A DNA stretch of 63,369 bases, the filler included, from Trichosphaerium sp. ATCC 40318 (taxonomy: Eukaryota > Protista > Tubulinea), in the NCBI GenBank assembly GCA_038496445.1. It is 4 parts of 4 records of this genome, joined end to end, with 100 filler letters (N's around TTAATTAATTAA, not from the genome) between each part and the next. Parts side by side here need not be neighbours in the genome. Positions count along the whole stretch, not along the records: positions 58,439 to 63,369 come from JALMLS010000139.1; 3 more parts are not named here. One strand, written 5' to 3'. Under the pieces are notes generated by a model, which did not search any database, was not told where the DNA came from, and saw only the letters and a list, made by a program, of their open reading frames with translations. A program made the translations under genes and the position numbers. Positions 60,469 to 63,369 of the stretch are shown piece by piece (positions within the stretch are counted from its first letter, which is position 1; the number at the start of each line of letters is the position of its first letter).

Positions 60469-62550
60469 CAGTAGTAAAACGAAAACGGGATTTTTTAGGT
60501 AATTCATTCTGTTTTCCTATGGGAAAAGTAGACGGAAAAACTCTTCCTTCATTCCCATTGAATTTGTATGAAATTCCACAAAGATTTCCAAAGGAATTCT
60601 ATAAAGATTATTATTGTAATTGCAACAAGAATTCATATGTAAGTCAACAAGTATTTGTTATGAAAATCTGAAAGTATTTATGATGAAATTCTGCAGGTAT
60701 TTCTATCGGAATTCTACAAGTATTTTTGACAATATTTCATAATTATTTCTAATGAAATTCGACAAGTATTTCTATCAAAATTCTACAAGTAATTCAATCA
60801 TAATTCTGTAAGTATTTCTATTAGAATTCAACAAGTATTTTTAACAGATTTCTACACAATTTTCTATTTATTGAATTACAACAACGTTTCAACAACGCTT
60901 GAGCTATACGTTGTTCAAGTTCTCCAAACCTTTCAGTTGCTGCTATGCTTTAAAAATATAATTGTCTTTTGTAGTTGATAATTCACGAATTATTGCTACC
61001 ATAGAAATGCGATTGGTAGTCACTAAAGCAACTTAGATAAATTTGTGTTGTGTGTACGTACATAAAGGATATTTTTGGACTATTTGGCTTTGATCTCTGT
61101 GATGTTTGACACTTTTCAAAAATGGAAATAATTGCGATTGTAAACCTTCTAGAAATATTTCATCAGATGCGTTCAAAAGATATTCTATTGGATTGTTCTT
61201 GTCTTGATAACACTTATCAATACATTTGAGTATGCCAATGGCAGTGGCTCCAGATGTAGCACATTTCTTTAGCATTATACTTTTGGAATCGTTTTTGCAC
61301 TTTAAAAAAGACATTACCAGCTTTTTAGTCTTTTCAAACAGCTGCGTAGGAGCTTAAAAATAATTAAAACCAAAAAACCAATATTTAAAGCACGTACCAA
61401 GAAAACAAATTTCTCGTTTTGATTTTACAGTCAATGTCCAATGCCTAAAACAAATTATTTTCGTCTTAATTTTGTTAGTACCAAGTTTTAGGATAGTCTA
61501 GTTCCAAACCCAACGCTGAGAGAGTATCACACAACTCAACATCTTCATTTTCACCAAATATTACTGGCACTGGAGCAATCCAACTTACACTGTGCAGATT
61601 GGATAGCTTCTAAATGTTAAAGTAAATTGTGAAATCATAGTATTATCATTGTACCGTTTTGTGCCTGGTGAAATCACTCGGCGAAATAATGAGGCCATCG
61701 TATTTTATTGCTATCAATGCCCAAAGAACTTTTTGTGTCATCACAAAATCATCATTGGCAAACAGCGGCAAGAATTCCTGAACATTAATGGGAGTATCTT
61801 GTTTAGTGTAAAACGCATCTTGCTTGTTTATGACAATCTAATAGTTAAGTGTAAGTGGTAACACACAAGTTTAAAAAAACTAGATACTCACATTGTAGGT
61901 AACAATCTCTGAAACATGAACGTTTGATGGAATACTTGATTGTGCAGCATTTGTTTGTGAAACACTATCTCGTAAAGACAACGCAGCAGGTAAAGGAGGC
62001 AAAGAATAATCACTATGTTTTTGTTGTTGATTTCTGGCGTTGGTTTCTGTCTCTTCTTCAAACACCACCAATGGGTGTCGGTAATCATTTGTATTGCTAC
62101 AACAGGTATCAGCACATTAAGAATTAAGTCTAAGTAAATATAGATTACGTACACAAAAGAATAATCTCCTTCATAAGCTGATTTAACTTCTCTTAGTTTA
62201 TTTTCAAAGCTTTGTGATCCTCGTTCCGTAGGTTGTTTAAGAGCAAGAAGGTATTTGTAGCAATCGCAATAAAACAGGTTGTCGTTTTTGTGGTGAGAAA
62301 AAAAAGATGGCAACATAATCTCTGCTAGCGCCACCAATTTGTGATCTAAAGTTATAAATAAACAACAACAAAACAAATGACACGTACTAGTTGTTTCTCC
62401 ATTACCAAAGTGCATTACAAACTTTTTCATAGCAGTTTTAAACTTTTTGAATACACTTAACTCTCGGTATGCGTCTAATGAATTGTATACTTCCGTGGTA
62501 AGCAATTTTTTTTTGCTTTTGATTTCGTAGCTGTTGTATACTTTCATAAT
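60469..62550. mobile_element. Longer member of the CAGTAG transposon family of 17500-18532; other end not seen
   Basis: 60469-60578 aligns with the reverse complement of 18423-18532, followed by gaattc(t)ac subterminal arrays to ~60880. Confidence 0.8.
60910..62547 (-). CDS. Multi-exon hypothetical protein inside the element, weak Ulp1/C48 peptidase-like segment
   Basis: ORFs 61888-62547 and 61033-61314, plus a small exon HWTLTVKSKREICFL (~61400-61445). Confidence 0.4.
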
Positions 62551-63369
62551 CAGGGCTGAAACTCAGCTAGGCATTGCCTTAAAAAATGATGCGTATTCCT
62601 AACATTTGGCATTAGATGGCAAAATCAAGGCATTTGCATTTGGCAATGCCCAATAAAATAAGGCATTTTTACAAAAAGGCAATGCCTTCATCAAAAAGGC
62701 ATTAATACCAGGCATTTTTGGGCATCTTTTGGCATTGCATAAAATCAGGTAATGCCTTGTGTTGCATTTTTTGGCATTGCATAAAATCAAGTAATGCCCT
62801 GTATTGCAAGTACTTTATGCCTTTATTATGCCTTATTTTTTTAAGCAATATGTGCCTTGTATTTTAATTCATATATAAGGCATTGCCTATACTATATCAT
62901 AGGACTGATCACATTAAGGAAGTGGTTTAAGGTAAGTAACAGTCAAACAACTTTTACACTTTTTTTTTCACATCACCTACTGACGTTTTATATAGATAGG
63001 CACCTAGCGCTCTTAGTAATTCATGAAATTAGACGAAACCACCGCCAAACGGACCGCAGCACTCTATTTCACCTACAACAGTAGTAGGAGTGAACTCCGC
63101 GATATTTCCAGGACCGCGGAATTCTAACACTACAAGGTAAGTTTTTTTTTTTTTTTTTTTCTACACCATCTCATATTTTCTTTAAGGTTTTTTCAAATGT
63201 GGACTTAGGAGTTTTGTGTATTGTATGTGTACTGTATTATAAAATAAATAGTTGTGTTATTACCTGAAAATGCCTGGTTTATTAGGCACTGTAGACTATG
63301 ATAATGCTTACTTTTTGCCTTCAAAATAAGGCATTGATGCATGAGTTATGCCCTAATTTGAAGGGCATA
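62551..63369. mobile_element. Putative non-autonomous transposon beginning CAGGGCTG with GGCA/TGCC subterminal arrays; runs off the window
   Basis: Abrupt start aat|cagggctgaaac and dense aaggcatt/aatgcc motifs at 62570-62890 and 63270-63369. Confidence 0.65.

Overview
AT-rich eukaryotic (protist-like) DNA with the standard code and many short GT-AG introns. It consists of four contigs joined by artificial 100-bp N/TTAATTAATTAA spacers (24437-24536, 35109-35208, 58339-58438), so adjacency across spacers means nothing. Contig 1 has a ~7.9-kb fold-back palindrome (probably an amplification or read chimera), a cytochrome P450, a secreted beta-helix gene and a decayed APE-RT-RNase H LINE split by nested CAG-terminated DNA transposons. 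Contig 2 has an unknown multi-exon gene whose introns carry CpG-rich GAGCTC-centred palindromes, a Kolobok-like transposon whose transposase has an internal F-box-like motif, and a YhhN gene. Contig 3 has ordinary host genes (CBM48-PARG-like, EH-domain, F-box/MORN, arrestin, LRR-TM, GST-Xi, DUF1152, F-box, OSBP). Contig 4 has a diverged paralog of the contig-2 unknown gene and two more CAG-terminated elements. The best candidate for novelty is the unknown gene family with nearly CpG-free exons and CpG-rich palindromic introns. All domain calls are by-eye motif recognition, and exon boundaries are approximate.
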